This document shows positions 23,061-36,691 of a DNA stretch of 64,000 nucleotides, one piece after another (the stretch's first letter is position 1; each line of letters begins with the position of its first letter). The notes under the pieces were generated by a model. That model was not told the origin of the DNA. It ran no database searches and saw nothing but the letters and a program-made list of their open reading frames with translations. Both the position numbers and the translations under genes were made by a program. Where the stretch lies: positions 14,260,001 through 14,324,000 of the forward strand of contig OZ024745.1 in NCBI GenBank assembly GCA_964016885.1. The letters are read 5' to 3'. Origin of the DNA: Eledone cirrhosa. Its lineage: Eukaryota.

Positions 23061-24474
23061 ATGAGAAAAAATTAAGGCAGAAATGTGTATATGGGCTGAG
23101 CATAGAGATCATATTTATAAGGAATAAAAACGCATAAACATTTAAGGTCTAAAGTAAAAATGATTAAGGAAGAACTGGGAGGAGAGAAAAATTAAAGAGG
23201 CAGAGAGCATGCTTAGTGTCATGCATGTGGGAGTATGGATAGAAGAATCCTGTGGTTTAATGCAGTAGAGACTCCTTCTCTTTCTTCTTCTTCTTGATAC
23301 GCAAAATATCATTCTTCAGAGCATCTGTTGTGTCATCGTTGTTGTATGGAGCCTGGCACTTGAGAAGAATCTAGGTGATGTTTACTAAAATACCTAGGAT
23401 TATACAAAACATACTTTTAATAAAAGGCATTAATCTATTTTATAATTCTTCACATAAAAGATGAAAATCTTCATGTTTTATCCATTCTTATAATTATATA
23501 AACATTAACATAAGTTTTAAATCTCATTAAATATTTGGGATAATACACTAACTCTGCAAACCGTATTTACTATCATCTACTAATTAAGTAATAATAAATT
23601 TCAATAAATTGTCGTAAGCTCTTATATTGAAAATATAATTTTGTTGTTGTATAGATCAGGTACATGGACCCTGACAAGTACACGAGAAATTGTATAAAGC
23701 ATTCATTTTATACAAATAAGTTTTAAACAAAATTTGACTTTTCAGACATTTTGTTGACTTTGAAAATATATTGAAACATTTATTTCTCCTTTTAATGTGA
23801 AAAAAGAGAGTTAAAGATATTTTTGTATACTTTCTGCTTTAATTTAATGTTTGTTTTTAAAATTTATTTAGGAGAAAAAATGCTTTCCCCATATATTAAT
23901 AAAAACTCCAATAAGTTGAAAATGTAAATACTACTATTGTGAATATAGACTAAAATCGCATTAAGTTGAAACTATTTTATTTGCAAGATGTACAGAAAAT
24001 CACGTAAATATATATATATATATATAGTAAAAAATAAGTACTTGATATCTTTGTATTGTGTAGTATAAAATAATGAATACACTAAATATATAAATACATA
24101 AATCTCATAAGTACTTTTTAACGTATTATTCAGCGAATAATAAAATACAATATTTGTAAAGAATTTTGTTTATGTATATTAAAATGTTTAGTTTACTGAT
24201 TTTATTTTATTTTATTTATTTTCATAATTTAACTGAACGTAATAAGAATATTTATCCTTAAGTAAAAAAGTATTTTCTTCATCTCATTGAAAAATATATT
24301 GGAGAAAGAAGGTGAGGTTTGGGATGTTCATACTATATCGTGATCTTCAATGAAATAAATGAAGTTATTTGAATTGAAAAGAAAATCCGTAACTCTTCAG
24401 TAAAGAAACCCCAAATCTTCCCACACAACACAACATTAGTGTCATCTCAATCACTCAATGAATGAATGAATGAA

Positions 24475-24512
<38 letters not shown>

Positions 24513-25298
24513 AAACTTAGGAAAATTAAGAGAGGACAAGACAACGAACAAAAATAAACCAAAACGAAAAACAATTGTTTAAGGGGAACCTTAAAAATCC
24601 TTTTTTAAAAATAAAAATACCAACGAAAGACACAGAACTCCAGGGTAATTGAGATGGACTTTGGCAGTTTCGACCCCTACCAATGCTGTCCAATGGAGTG
24701 AGAGACGAGAGACCAAACATTAATTCATAGCAATTAAGCTATAACAACTACAAATATAATAACTCAGATATTATATAAGATAAATTCTATATAATTAACT
24801 GTAGTGCCTTGGCCCTTTACCATATTTCTAATGAAATGTACTGCCTTTTCAAATCATTTTGAAACGAACCAAGATTTGGAAGGATTTAGTAAACTAACTT
24901 CCCATCATTCATTAAACTGATGTTTGGTGCACAGCTTATCAAAGGTTCTTTCGTAAAATTAACATTTGAAACAAACATGGAACCTGGGTGGTTTCAGACA
25001 AAATGGTTTAACTTCATGAAATTAGAAACGAAAACGTTTTATTTATATTTTGGAAATGTGAATTCCTGAAATCTACTGTGAGCGAGTTGTTAAGGTTTAT
25101 ATAATAAAGGTAACTTTACATCATTGAAACAAATGAAAATGTATTCAAAATATTTTCTGTGCTGAGACTGGTTAGTATACGATTATGTTCTTTTAATGAC
25201 TGGAGAATAAATAGAAATTACGACACGCTTTTGCCTACACTATTAACATATATCAATGACCTGTGAATTCCAATTCATAAATTGTGTTTAATAAATAT

Positions 25299-25600
25299 AA
25301 TTGTTTCTACTTTTGGCACAATGCCAGCAATTACCCAGTGCATTACCGGTATTTTATCGACCCCGTAAGGATGAAAGGCAAAGTTAACCTCGGCGGGATT
25401 TGAACTCAGATCGTAAAGGGACGTAACTCTTTGCGTCAAAGCATGGCGTCCGACCCTCTACTGATACTGCCAATCCACCGCCACGTGTTTAAACGTATTT
25501 AATAAATATAATTGTTTCTACTTTAGGCACAAGGCCAGCAATTACCCAGTGCATTACTGGTACTTTATTTTATCGACCCCGTAAGGATGAAAGGCAAAGT
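25299..25600 (-). mobile_element. SINE family A full copy plus tandem partial duplicate
   Basis: 25299-25481 full, 25510-25600 partial, separated and flanked by repeated TTTAATAAATATAAT. Confidence 0.85.
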
Positions 25601-26883
25601 GTTTAATAAATATAATGATCACGAGTTATCTCAATGGTAAAAGGAAATACATTGTATGAGAGGAATTAATGCGATTGATTGCTTGGTGTTATGCTTACGA
25701 AACCTAACTGCAAAGATTGCGTGGCGGTAATTAATAAACGTGACAGGAAAATCCAAAGACCCAGTTTCAATGCTAAAAATATATTGTTTTTCTATAATGT
25801 TATAAACGGACAACTATTACTTCAACAACTGGAGTATATTATATTTTCCCTGGCTTCTCTTCAAATATCTCTCATCAGACTTAAATTACTATTCTAAAAG
25901 ACGAACATTTATTTAATTTTAAAATTCAATTATGTAGAATACTCTACATTAATTTTGTGGTAAAATCTATGCGATTAATATAATCTTTACTTACTTTCTA
26001 GTTTAGATAAAATCGTAATCGTATGAAAAGTTGATATTAACAGTAGCTAGTGGAGTGCATACACGTTTTTTTGTAGTAGATTATATCTTAAACATTATTA
26101 AATGCAGCTCAACCAATATCTAATGGTGAAGCAAAATCAAAAACAACTTTAATAGCAAAGTAAAAATTACACTTCGATCTAAATTAAGAGAAGTTTGACA
26201 GTTCTTGAATTTTCTTGAAGATAAAAATCAGTCTATAATTGGATTCAGAAATATTTTCGTAAATAGTTTTTATAAATGTAATAGACGCCAAACACAGAGT
26301 AAGAATCAATAAAAAAGGAAACCAAACATTATTATGAAAGCACTGTTAACATTTGCTTCTGACATTTAGTATTTAAAAAATGATCCAATTAATTTCAGGG
26401 AAATGTAAAAAAAAAAAAGAACGTTAACAAGAAACAAGAAATTGATTCTTATTAGAAAATTATATTTCAAGTGATTAAATATTCACATTCGTTCAGAACT
26501 GTTGATGTTTGATTAATAGAAATGTTATAATTATAAAAATAATTTACTCAAATACCCTTTGGTCAAAATGGTAATCAAAATGTTCTTGAGTTGTGGCAAA
26601 AATGAAAGAACAAACCAAACATAACCTGCTGCACTTTAGATTATTAAAAATGAATTCCATGTCCAAAATATCCCCCCTCACACACACATGTACACAAAAA
26701 ACATGTCCTATCGCGAAATTTCATCTTCTAAAATTTCTTATCAACAGTTTCATCTAGGCAAGTTATGAGTTTGATGGAAAATAGCTTTCACTTACTCATA
26801 TACAAACAAATAGATACATTAATGGATGTAAGCATATATACTTGGAAACACCCACCCACACGCGTCTATGTACGTATGAAGTG

Positions 26884-26926
<43 letters not shown>

Positions 26927-26974
26927 TACCTTAGATTTATCAATATATATATATATCTACGTATGAAGTGCTTG

Positions 26975-27030
<56 letters not shown>

Positions 27031-27180
27031 CAAGCACTTCATACGTAGATATATATATATATATATATATTGATAAATCTAAGGTAAATTTAATGTAATA
27101 CTGTTCTATATTTTTGAGACGAGGAATTATTTACATTATATATATTGGACGGATAGGTGTCCTCATCTTGTTTCGTTGTT

Positions 27181-27226
27181 AACACAACGTTTCGGCTGAC
27201 GTACCCTCCAGGCTTCATCAGGTGTC
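27181..27226 (-). ncRNA. Minimal type-I hammerhead ribozyme
   Basis: GACAC-CUGAUGA-AG(C)CUG..CAGCC-GAAA-CG-UU-GUGUU. Stem I is GACAC/GUGUU and stem III is the palindrome AACGUU. Confidence 0.8.
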
Positions 27227-27252
27227 CTAGTGATGTTATTAACGTTTGTTCA

Positions 27253-27311
27253 GGTCACTACCTAGAATTGAACTCGGAATCTTGAGGTTAGTAGCCCGCT
27301 TTTCAACCACG
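27253..27311 (-). mobile_element. tRNA-derived Pol III head (SINE-like) just upstream of the HHR
   Basis: GTGGTTGAAAAGCGGGCTACTAAC...GAGTTCAATTCTAGG contains a partial A-box and a B-box. Confidence 0.65.
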
Positions 27312-27403
27312 TTTTTGTCTTTTTTCTCCTTTTTTTTCTCTTGAATTTGTAGGGCTTATAAACTGATATTTTTCTATGCCTCCTCAATACCGGTTCCCAT
27401 ATA

Positions 27404-28054
27404 CTACTCATATCTGCTTAGGAGGTTATTGTGTCCTAGCATATGTGCTGCCTCTTTTAGTCTTCGTATTTTCCAGTCGTGTTCTCTGTCTATTATTTTA
27501 ACTTCATCCCACAGGGGAAGGTGATCTCCGTTTTTCCATACATGATCAGCTACACCCGATTTATCGATCTCTCCTCGTGTCACAGCTTTACAATGTTCTT
27601 CTACCCTTATTTTGAGGGGGCGGCCTGTTTCGCCTTTGTATAACCTACCACAGCTGTATGGGATGGAGTACCCGTAGTCTTTGGTCATATTCTCTTCTAT
27701 TGGTGGTTCAACTCGAAGGAGATATTTGCGAAGTGTTGTATTACTCTTGAATACTGTCCTGATGTCATATGGACCGCATACCTTTTGTATCTTTTCCGAG
27801 AGGTTTTTTTACATAGGGTAGACAGACTGTGGTCAATTTATGGGTTTCATCCTCTCTCCCCTTCCTAAGTAGAGTGGATAGTATGTTTTCGGATAGGTGT
27901 TGCTTAACAAATTGTTACTTAGCTTTATCATTTCTTCGTGATGTGTATCAGGATCGCTACTTATATTCTTTGCTCGATGTTTTAGGCACTGAACCATCCC
28001 TCTCTTTACACTAAAGGAAATAAATATTTCTCTTTGTTGAATATAAGTCACCAA
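27404..28054 (-). pseudogene. Decayed Penelope/Poseidon-type PLE 3' ORF (thumb/linker + GIY-YIG endonuclease)
   Basis: YSIPYSCGRLYKGETGRPLKIRVEEH...SGVADHVW...HLPLWDEVKII...RRLKEA, with upstream VCLPYVKNLSEKIQKV. Confidence 0.85.
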
Positions 28055-28575
28055 TTTGGTTGAGGTATCTTGTCACCAATTTGGTGAAAGATATGTTGTC
28101 ACCAGATTTAGCGGAGAAGTATATTTCAGAAGTTGTTGTATTGTTGCCACGAGGAACCAGGTTTGGTAGAAAGATATGATAGCGTATATCGATAACGACT
28201 TTTAGCTTGGTTTTACATTATTTATTAACAGAGGTTGAGCTGGCATGCCAAGAGAAATTAAACAAACGAATTAACATTCCAGAAAGACACGGGCTACAGG
28301 CTGAGAGAAGCGTTGCCAGGCCGTGGTTAAATTGTTGTGTTACATATTGGCTAGTGATTTCACGGCGCAAGAAAAATGGTTGTTTACCTTAGCACGGTCG
28401 AAGCTGCGAGTCATCTAGCCTGGAAGTGGTGGCGTCCTCAAATCTTTGCGGGCTATTTCTCCCTCAGAACGCGTAGGGATACATCCTCTTCTACTGGCGC
28501 TGATTGGATGAGCTGAGCCAAATCACGCACAGAGAATGTATGTGAGCCCGCGGAATGTAGGTCACTACAACACTG

Positions 28576-29366
<791 letters not shown>

Positions 29367-29374
29367 GATAGCAA

Positions 29375-32008
29375 CTAACAGTGCTGCGATCGAATGTGGC
29401 TTTTTAGCCCAGCCAATGATCTAAAATGTCTTGCACAGAGTCGGCAACCAAAACATTTACTGGGAATAGTCGGCTGTGGTTGGAGTTCGTGTACTTTTGC
29501 ATGTCGCTTGAGTCCTCCTGCTGATTTACATTCTCTACCACATGTTTGGCAAGCATGATGAGTAGCATCTCCAACAGCAGCCTGGTAGTCAACCACTGGT
29601 CTTACTTTATGACTGCGAAGATGACTTTCGAGTCCAGCTTTGCTTAGGCAGAGTCTCGCACAGACGCTGCATGTCAGAAACATAGGAGGACCCTCGCCGT
29701 CTGGAAGTGCAACAGCAATACCCTTCCTCACGTCCCGCTTTACTTTCTCGTGTGCGATTCGAGATGCCTCAAAGGCAACTTTTCCCTCATATACAGTCTT
29801 TCTCCATTTATTACGATCAGCAGCAATATTTTCCCATGTATCAGCAGAGATGTTAGCGTCTTTCAGAGAGGCCTTCAAGGAATCCTTATACCTCTTTTTT
29901 GGTTTATGTGGCGGTCGTTTTCCTTTAACCAACTCTCCATAGAAGAGTTGTTTTGGTATTCTAGAATCCTTCATCCTGGCAAGGTGACCACTCCAACGGA
30001 GTCGCTGCTTAAGCACAAGAGCTTCTATACTGTCACACATAGAGCTTTCCAAAATCTCGACATCACTGATGTGGTCCCTCCAGTGAACGCCATGTATCCG
30101 TCTGAGACACATCTGATGGAAACGCTCCAATTGCTTAAGGTGGCGTCGATATGTGACCCAAGTCTCGCAGGCATAAAGAAGACAAGAGAGTACACATGCC
30201 CTGTACACCTTTACCTTTGTCCTCCTGCATATGTCTCGCCGACCCCAGAGTCGCCTTTCTAGCTTTCCGAAAGCATCACTTGCTTTCCTAATCCTAAGTG
30301 AGATTTCACTGTCAAGGTTGCCGTATCGATTGACAGTGCTTCCCAGGTAGACAAACTGATCAACCACTCCAAGTCGTTTGCCATACACATAGATGTTTGG
30401 TTCAGTGTACTGCCTACCAGGTGCAGGTTGGTACATGACGACGGTTTTCTTGAGACTGACAGTCAAACCCAGGGCAGTGCAAGCGTCAGAAAATACATTC
30501 AAAATGTGCTGCATATCACTCTCTGTGTGCGCTACAAGATCGCAATCATCTGCATACAAGAGGTCTCTTATGACTGATGTAAATACTTTTGTCTTCGCAG
30601 CAAAGCGCCTGATGTTAAATATGCTGCCTGAGGTTCGATATCGGATGTAAACACCATGCTCGCAATTCCTGAATGCAATACAGAAAACCATTGCAAAGTA
30701 TATGGCAAACAGGGTCGGTGCTGGAATATCCCCCTGTTTCACTCCATTTTTTACTGAGATAGGCTCCGACATGTTACCTCCGACATTAACCCAAGCCTTC
30801 ATGTCGTCATGGAAAGACCTAACTAAAGCAAGGAACTTATCAGGGCAACCAAGTTTCTGGAGAACCTTCCATAATGCATCTCTGTTGACAGTATCGAAAG
30901 CCTTTGTCAGATCGACAAAAACCTGATACAGATCCAAGCCCTGTTCAATGCACTTCTCCTGGAGCTGTCTAGCTGAGAAGATCATATCAGTAGTGCCGCG
31001 TCCAACACGAAAACCAGATTGACTTTCAGGAAGGACACAATCCGCAATGTGTGTCAGCAGACGGTCCAGAAGCACCCTACATAAAACTTTCCCCACGACA
31101 GAAAGCAATGATATACCTCTGTAGTTCCCACAATCATTCCTGTTACCCTTTCCCTTGTACAAGACCACCATTACTGCATCTCTCCAGTCCTCAGGCACGG
31201 ATTCATTAGCCCATATCCTTCCAAACAGAGAGTGAAGATGTTGCAGGAGTCTCTCACCACCATATTGTAGGAGCTCAGCATGTATGCCATCCATACCTGG
31301 AGATCTTCCACTGTTCAGCTTCGAAATAGCCACTGCAACCTCCACAAGTGTCGGAGGTTCTGCGAGAGCTACTTTCACGGGACTTTCCGGAATGAGATTG
31401 AGGAAATCTTCACTGACGACAGACGGCTGATTCAAAAGATCATCAAAGTGCTCTCGCCACCTTCGTAGAATTCCCTGTGAGTCACGAAGAAGTTCTTTGC
31501 CATCCCTGCTGCGAATCGGTGTCACCAGAGAAGAAGACGGTCCATAAACCTCACGCAAGAGACTGTACAACAGCTTTGTGTTATTGCAATCAGACGCAGT
31601 TTGTATCTCACCAGCCTTCTCACTCCACCACTGATCCTTCATCTGAGAAAGACTCCGCCTAACACGTGATTTTACATCCCTGAGCTCCTCATGCAACGTA
31701 TTCCTCTCCTGCGGTTTTGCCGTCAAGTAGCGTGACAGAGCGCGCCTCTTATCAGCCAACAAGTCATCTATATGCACATCTTTCTCATTAAACCAGTCCT
31801 GATGTTTTCTCTGCACCAATCCCAGAACACGTCTGCCTACATCATAAACCGACTTTTTAAGGGTCGGCCAATCCTCACCAAGATCTGCAGCCTGCATCTC
31901 TTCTTCCAATGTCCTCTTCACATTTTTATCCTTAAGACGAGCAGCATTCAATCTTTTGGGCAGGGTAACACCAGGAGCCCGGATTTTACGTTTGGTGATT
32001 AGATTCAC
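29375..32008 (-). CDS. RTE LINE reverse transcriptase with three C-terminal C2H2 zinc fingers
   Basis: NYRGISLLS, QSGFR, FVDLTKAFD, GVKQG, LLYADD motifs and CxxC..H...H x3. Confidence 0.95.
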   Translation of the reverse strand: MNLITKRKIRAPGVTLPKRLNAARLKDKNVKRTLEEEMQAADLGEDWPTLKKSVYDVGRRVLGLVQRKHQDWFNEKDVHIDDLLADKRRALSRYLTAKPQERNTLHEELRDVKSRVRRSLSQMKDQWWSEKAGEIQTASDCNNTKLLYSLLREVYGPSSSLVTPIRSRDGKELLRDSQGILRRWREHFDDLLNQPSVVSEDFLNLIPESPVKVALAEPPTLVEVAVAISKLNSGRSPGMDGIHAELLQYGGERLLQHLHSLFGRIWANESVPEDWRDAVMVVLYKGKGNRNDCGNYRGISLLSVVGKVLCRVLLDRLLTHIADCVLPESQSGFRVGRGTTDMIFSARQLQEKCIEQGLDLYQVFVDLTKAFDTVNRDALWKVLQKLGCPDKFLALVRSFHDDMKAWVNVGGNMSEPISVKNGVKQGDIPAPTLFAIYFAMVFCIAFRNCEHGVYIRYRTSGSIFNIRRFAAKTKVFTSVIRDLLYADDCDLVAHTESDMQHILNVFSDACTALGLTVSLKKTVVMYQPAPGRQYTEPNIYVYGKRLGVVDQFVYLGSTVNRYGNLDSEISLRIRKASDAFGKLERRLWGRRDICRRTKVKVYRACVLSCLLYACETWVTYRRHLKQLERFHQMCLRRIHGVHWRDHISDVEILESSMCDSIEALVLKQRLRWSGHLARMKDSRIPKQLFYGELVKGKRPPHKPKKRYKDSLKASLKDANISADTWENIAADRNKWRKTVYEGKVAFEASRIAHEKVKRDVRKGIAVALPDGEGPPMFLTCSVCARLCLSKAGLESHLRSHKVRPVVDYQAAVGDATHHACQTCGRECKSAGGLKRHAKVHELQPQPTIPSKCFGCRLCARHFRSLAGLKSHIRSQHC

Positions 32009-32886
32009 TCAGCTCCACGAAGAACACGAACACACTGCACATCCTGTCTGTCACGCATCCTGACTAGGACGTAGTCCAAAAGATGCCATTCCTTAGATGC
32101 AGGATGCATCCATGTGGTCTTGAATTTGTTCTTTTGTTGGAACATGGTGTTGGTAACACACAGATCCAGCTCCTCACACATCTGCAGCAAGAGCATACCA
32201 TTGCTGTTACACTTTCCCACCCCATGCCTTCCGATTACATTCCATGTGTTAAAATCCCTACCCACTCTAGCATTAAAGTCACCAAGCACGATGACTTTGT
32301 CTGCCTGAGGGATATTTCTTAAAACACCTTTCAAGGCATGGTAAAAGGACAGTTTTTCTTCATCGACAGAATTCATAGTTGGAGCATACACACTCACCAG
32401 GGTAGCATATCTTCCCTTGTCCAGCGGAACTCTCATGGACATAAGACGCTCACTAATCCCCACTGGGAATTCTTCTAATTTATTCACCAGTACAGTCTTA
32501 ACAGCAAATCCTACCCCAGCCTCTCTTCTGGTTCCTTCATCTCTTCCTTTCCAGAAGAATGTATATTCTCCACAAAATTCCGTAAGATGACCATCTCCAG
32601 CTAACCTCGTCTCAGACAAAGCCACGATGTCAAGATCGTAACGTCGAAGCTCCTTCGCAACAAGAGCGGTCCTTCGTTCAGGACGCTCCAAAGAATCCCT
32701 GTCAAGCAGCGTCCGTACGTTCCAGCAGCCAAGACTAAATGCCCTGTTTGGCTCTATTACAATGGCACGATGACGGGCGGGCCCAGGTTGTGATAACTTG
32801 GGGCCCCTGCCCTTATTGCCAATGATCTTTTTTGTTCCAGAACCCAAATTGGCAATTATCTCGTTTACATTGTTCTGGAACATCAT
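32005..32886 (-). CDS. RTE LINE apurinic-type endonuclease, separated from the RT by a frameshifting deletion
   Basis: WNVRTL, ALSETR, SVYAPT, GDFNARVG, LDYVL motifs. The terminal (S/T)DH motif is missing. Confidence 0.9.
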   Translation of the reverse strand: MMFQNNVNEIIANLGSGTKKIIGNKGRGPKLSQPGPARHRAIVIEPNRAFSLGCWNVRTLLDRDSLERPERRTALVAKELRRYDLDIVALSETRLAGDGHLTEFCGEYTFFWKGRDEGTRREAGVGFAVKTVLVNKLEEFPVGISERLMSMRVPLDKGRYATLVSVYAPTMNSVDEEKLSFYHALKGVLRNIPQADKVIVLGDFNARVGRDFNTWNVIGRHGVGKCNSNGMLLLQMCEELDLCVTNTMFQQKNKFKTTWMHPASKEWHLLDYVLVRMRDRQDVQCVRVLRGAE

Positions 32887-32894
32887 TGAATTGG

Positions 32895-32934
<40 letters not shown>

Positions 32935-32939
32935 TAATA

Positions 32940-32974
<35 letters not shown>

Positions 32975-34478
32975 ACACTATTAATAATTATTAATGGACT
33001 CGTGCAATGCCTGTGCGTGACGAATATTTTTAAAGTGAGGAAAGACTGTGCACTGAACCAATCCCACTCTCTGAGCGACAGTAGCTATAACCCGAAAAGA
33101 AGAAAAGATCAACATCATCGGTAACTACTGAGCCGCAGGTTTTATATCGGAGTTAACCCAGTTTCCTGAGATGCCTTCTCCTAGAAGAATACCCTGACAT
33201 GGGCTAGGGGTTCTTCACTCCCAGTGGTTTAACTGCGCGATCGGGCATCCAGCCCGATTATTTCTATGTCCCCGCGCAAAAAAAAAAAAAAAAAAAAAAA
33301 AAAATTACTTATTGACACTTATACGTACGACATACACACACACGCATACATATGCGTGCACACAGCAACACTCACACACACAACAAACACACACACACGC
33401 TACTCTACTCACTTACACGCACACACACACACATATATATATATATTACCGTCATTACTGATACAAGATTACCAGATTATGTCAACTGTTGACTTTCAAG
33501 AGTTTGTATAGTTGAAGCCGATCGTATTACAGTCCAGTATTACTATAATTGCTTTACAGCATAGAGTTATGGCTCTCCACGGAGTCAACAAAAGAGAGTA
33601 CCAGTGATGCGCTGGCCAGTCGCTGGATCCGTGCCAAAAGCAGAAAAATTATTATTAAAGTTGTTCTTAAGGTCGCTGGTGATGGTGATGGCGACGGCGG
33701 TGGCGGTGGTGGTGGTGGTGGCAGTTGATGTTGTTGTTCTGTTGTGTGTGTGTGTGTGTGTTTTGTTATTTTGAGTTTTTTTTTTCCTTTCTTTTTTTTC
33801 TTTTTCCTTTTTTTTCCTTTTTTTTTTTTTCTCCTTTTTTTTTTTCCCCTTCCCTTTTCTTTTTTCTTTTCCCTTCCTTTTTTTATGTTTTGATGCCGCT
33901 GTTGTTGTTGTTGTTGTAATTGTTGTAAATGTTCATTTCAGTTCATTCTGAAGCTGTTGTTGCTGTAAACATTAGTGCCGGTGTTGTTGTTGTTGTAGAT
34001 GTTGGGGTTGAAATCTGGTTGTTTGACTGAGTGATGTATATACACACATATACATACACACACATATATATATATATACATTCATCAGAGAGTAGAGAGT
34101 TTGACAACAGGTCGATGACTTTAGTCTCGATAGGGTATGGTATGGTAATGACATGTGATGGTGGGGAGAGAGTGTAGACGTTATTGTGGTGGTGTGGACA
34201 GTGAGATGTATCTAGTTCATTTGACCGTTTTCTTCTCTTAGCAAAATTTGAATTCTAGCCATGTTATATTGAGATGTAAGTAAATGTAAAATATAAATAA
34301 GGATTGCTCTGCTAAAATATACTAAAATATTTGTGTAACTTCCACAAACTTCTGTCGTGACATTCCCGAGTCCAGTAACCAACAAATTGTTGTATTTTGA
34401 TGTTTCAGAATACAAAAATTAATTAAAAACTTACCCCACGAAGAGACAGCGTGTGTTGTCCTATCTATAAGCTCCCTC

Positions 34479-34811
34479 ATATATATATATACATACATAT
34501 ATTTATATATATATATATATATATACATACATATATGTATATATATATATATACATACATATATGTATATATATACATACATATATTTATATATATATAT
34601 ATATATATACATACATATATGTATATATATATATATACATACATATATGTATATATATAAATATACATACATATATGTATATATATAAATATACATACAT
34701 ATATGTATATATATATATATATATATACATACATATATGTATATATATATATATATATATACATATATGTATATATATATATATACATACATATATGTAT
34801 ATATACATACA

Positions 34812-34849
<38 letters not shown>

Positions 34850-34891
34850 CATATATGTATATATATATACATATATATATATATACATACA

Positions 34892-34965
<74 letters not shown>

Positions 34966-35356
34966 CATATATGTATATATATATACATACATATATATAT
35001 ATATATACATACATATATGTATATATATATACATACATATATGTATATATACATACATACATATATGTATATATACATACATACATATATGTATATATAT
35101 ATACATACATATATGTATATATACATACATACATATATGTATATATATATACATACATATATGTATATATACATACATACATATATGTATATATACATAC
35201 ATACATATATGTATATATACATACATACATATATGTATATATACATACATACATATATGTATATATACATACATATATGTATATATACATACATACATAT
35301 ATGTATATATACATACATACATATATGTATATATACATACATACATATATGTATAT

Positions 35357-35434
<78 letters not shown>

Positions 35435-35521
35435 CTGTGTGCATGTGTGTATATATATACACACATATATATACATCTACATTAAATTTACCTTAGATTT
35501 ATCAATATATATATATATATA
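34479..35521. repeat. ~1 kb compound (TA)n/(TACA)n microsatellite with higher-order units
   Basis: Repeated ATACATACATATATGTAT units. Confidence 0.95.
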
Positions 35522-35685
35522 AAATTTCAGGTTATCAATAATGTAGTGATAATATATCGTCACGTTAGAGATGAACAGCGTACGTGTAGGTTTGCTCAAC
35601 GAGTATAAATTATATTCCGGAGAAAATGTAGAAAAGATGAATATAAAATGAAAGTGCTTTTTAAAAAAAAACGGAATTTATTAGG

Positions 35686-35802
35686 TATTGACATATGTTT
35701 CTGTAACAGACGGAATACCTATGTATCGCTGCTTGCATAATCATATAATGTTAGCAAGTATTCGATAGCAAATGTATAATCAGTTGTCACTTCTTCAGAG
35801 AT
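35686..35802 (-). ncRNA. Degenerate type-I hammerhead motif
   Basis: CUGAAGA-AGUGACA...UGUUACA-GAAA-CAUAUG-UC with palindromic ACAUAUGU. Stem I pairs poorly. Confidence 0.5.
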
Positions 35803-35937
35803 TTTGGATAAATTTATCCAAAACAAATTCAGAAACGAAATATAATTATATAATTATATATATATCTATATATCTATATATATATTATAATAAAATAACA
35901 GGAGGCTGGACTTGTGTAAATCCTTGAAGGGTTTATT

Positions 35938-35995
35938 ATACTATGATCATTTCAATGACCGGGTTCCGTATGAATCCGTTGATATCATCAGGTAT
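35938..35995 (-). ncRNA. Type-I hammerhead motif
   Basis: AUAC-CUGAUGA-..CGGAUUC auacg GAACCCG..-GAAA-UGAUCA-UA-GUAU with palindromic stem III. Confidence 0.65.
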
Positions 35996-36691
35996 TCGAA
36001 ATATAATAAATGAATGTAACAGATAAAATCCATGGGGCTGAAAATCATAGACCCGAGGACGACCGACCATCTAGCATCTTCCACTTTAGCCGGTCGCCAT
36101 CCGGATATTAAACCGCTGTAAATTCTCGCATATAAATATGGATTATATATCACTGAGCTTCAATACGTTACAATCCTTTACTACAACAAACATTCAATAC
36201 GAAAACATCGTAACATATGTGATGAATGTGAAAACTATAACTTCCTCTTTCCGGATGTGAAAATGGTGGTGGATGTGAAAACTATAACTTTCTTTTTCTG
36301 CACACATACTAATTTGATCTGTACAAAAAATACCCCCTCCCCATACTGCAACCACCATAATACTCTTGCTTACCCGCCTAAAGTGCTTGTATTACATGTA
36401 ATACCTTGCCACACAATACTCTTATATAAATGAGACACATTTACATGCCCCATGTATGACTAACGCATACACTATCTACTAGATCTGATTATTGAACTAT
36501 TCTCCTGCATTATCTGTGTTATCTGTCGCATGTATTTTAATTTTAATTTTAATTTTGATTTTAATTTGAATTACTATACAAATATAGTATAGTATAATAT
36601 ATGTCACTCCACTGTACATCAATATATATATATGTATCTGTATGTCTCTTGCGTTGACTGGGAAGTCAATTATATGTACAAGCATTAAAAA

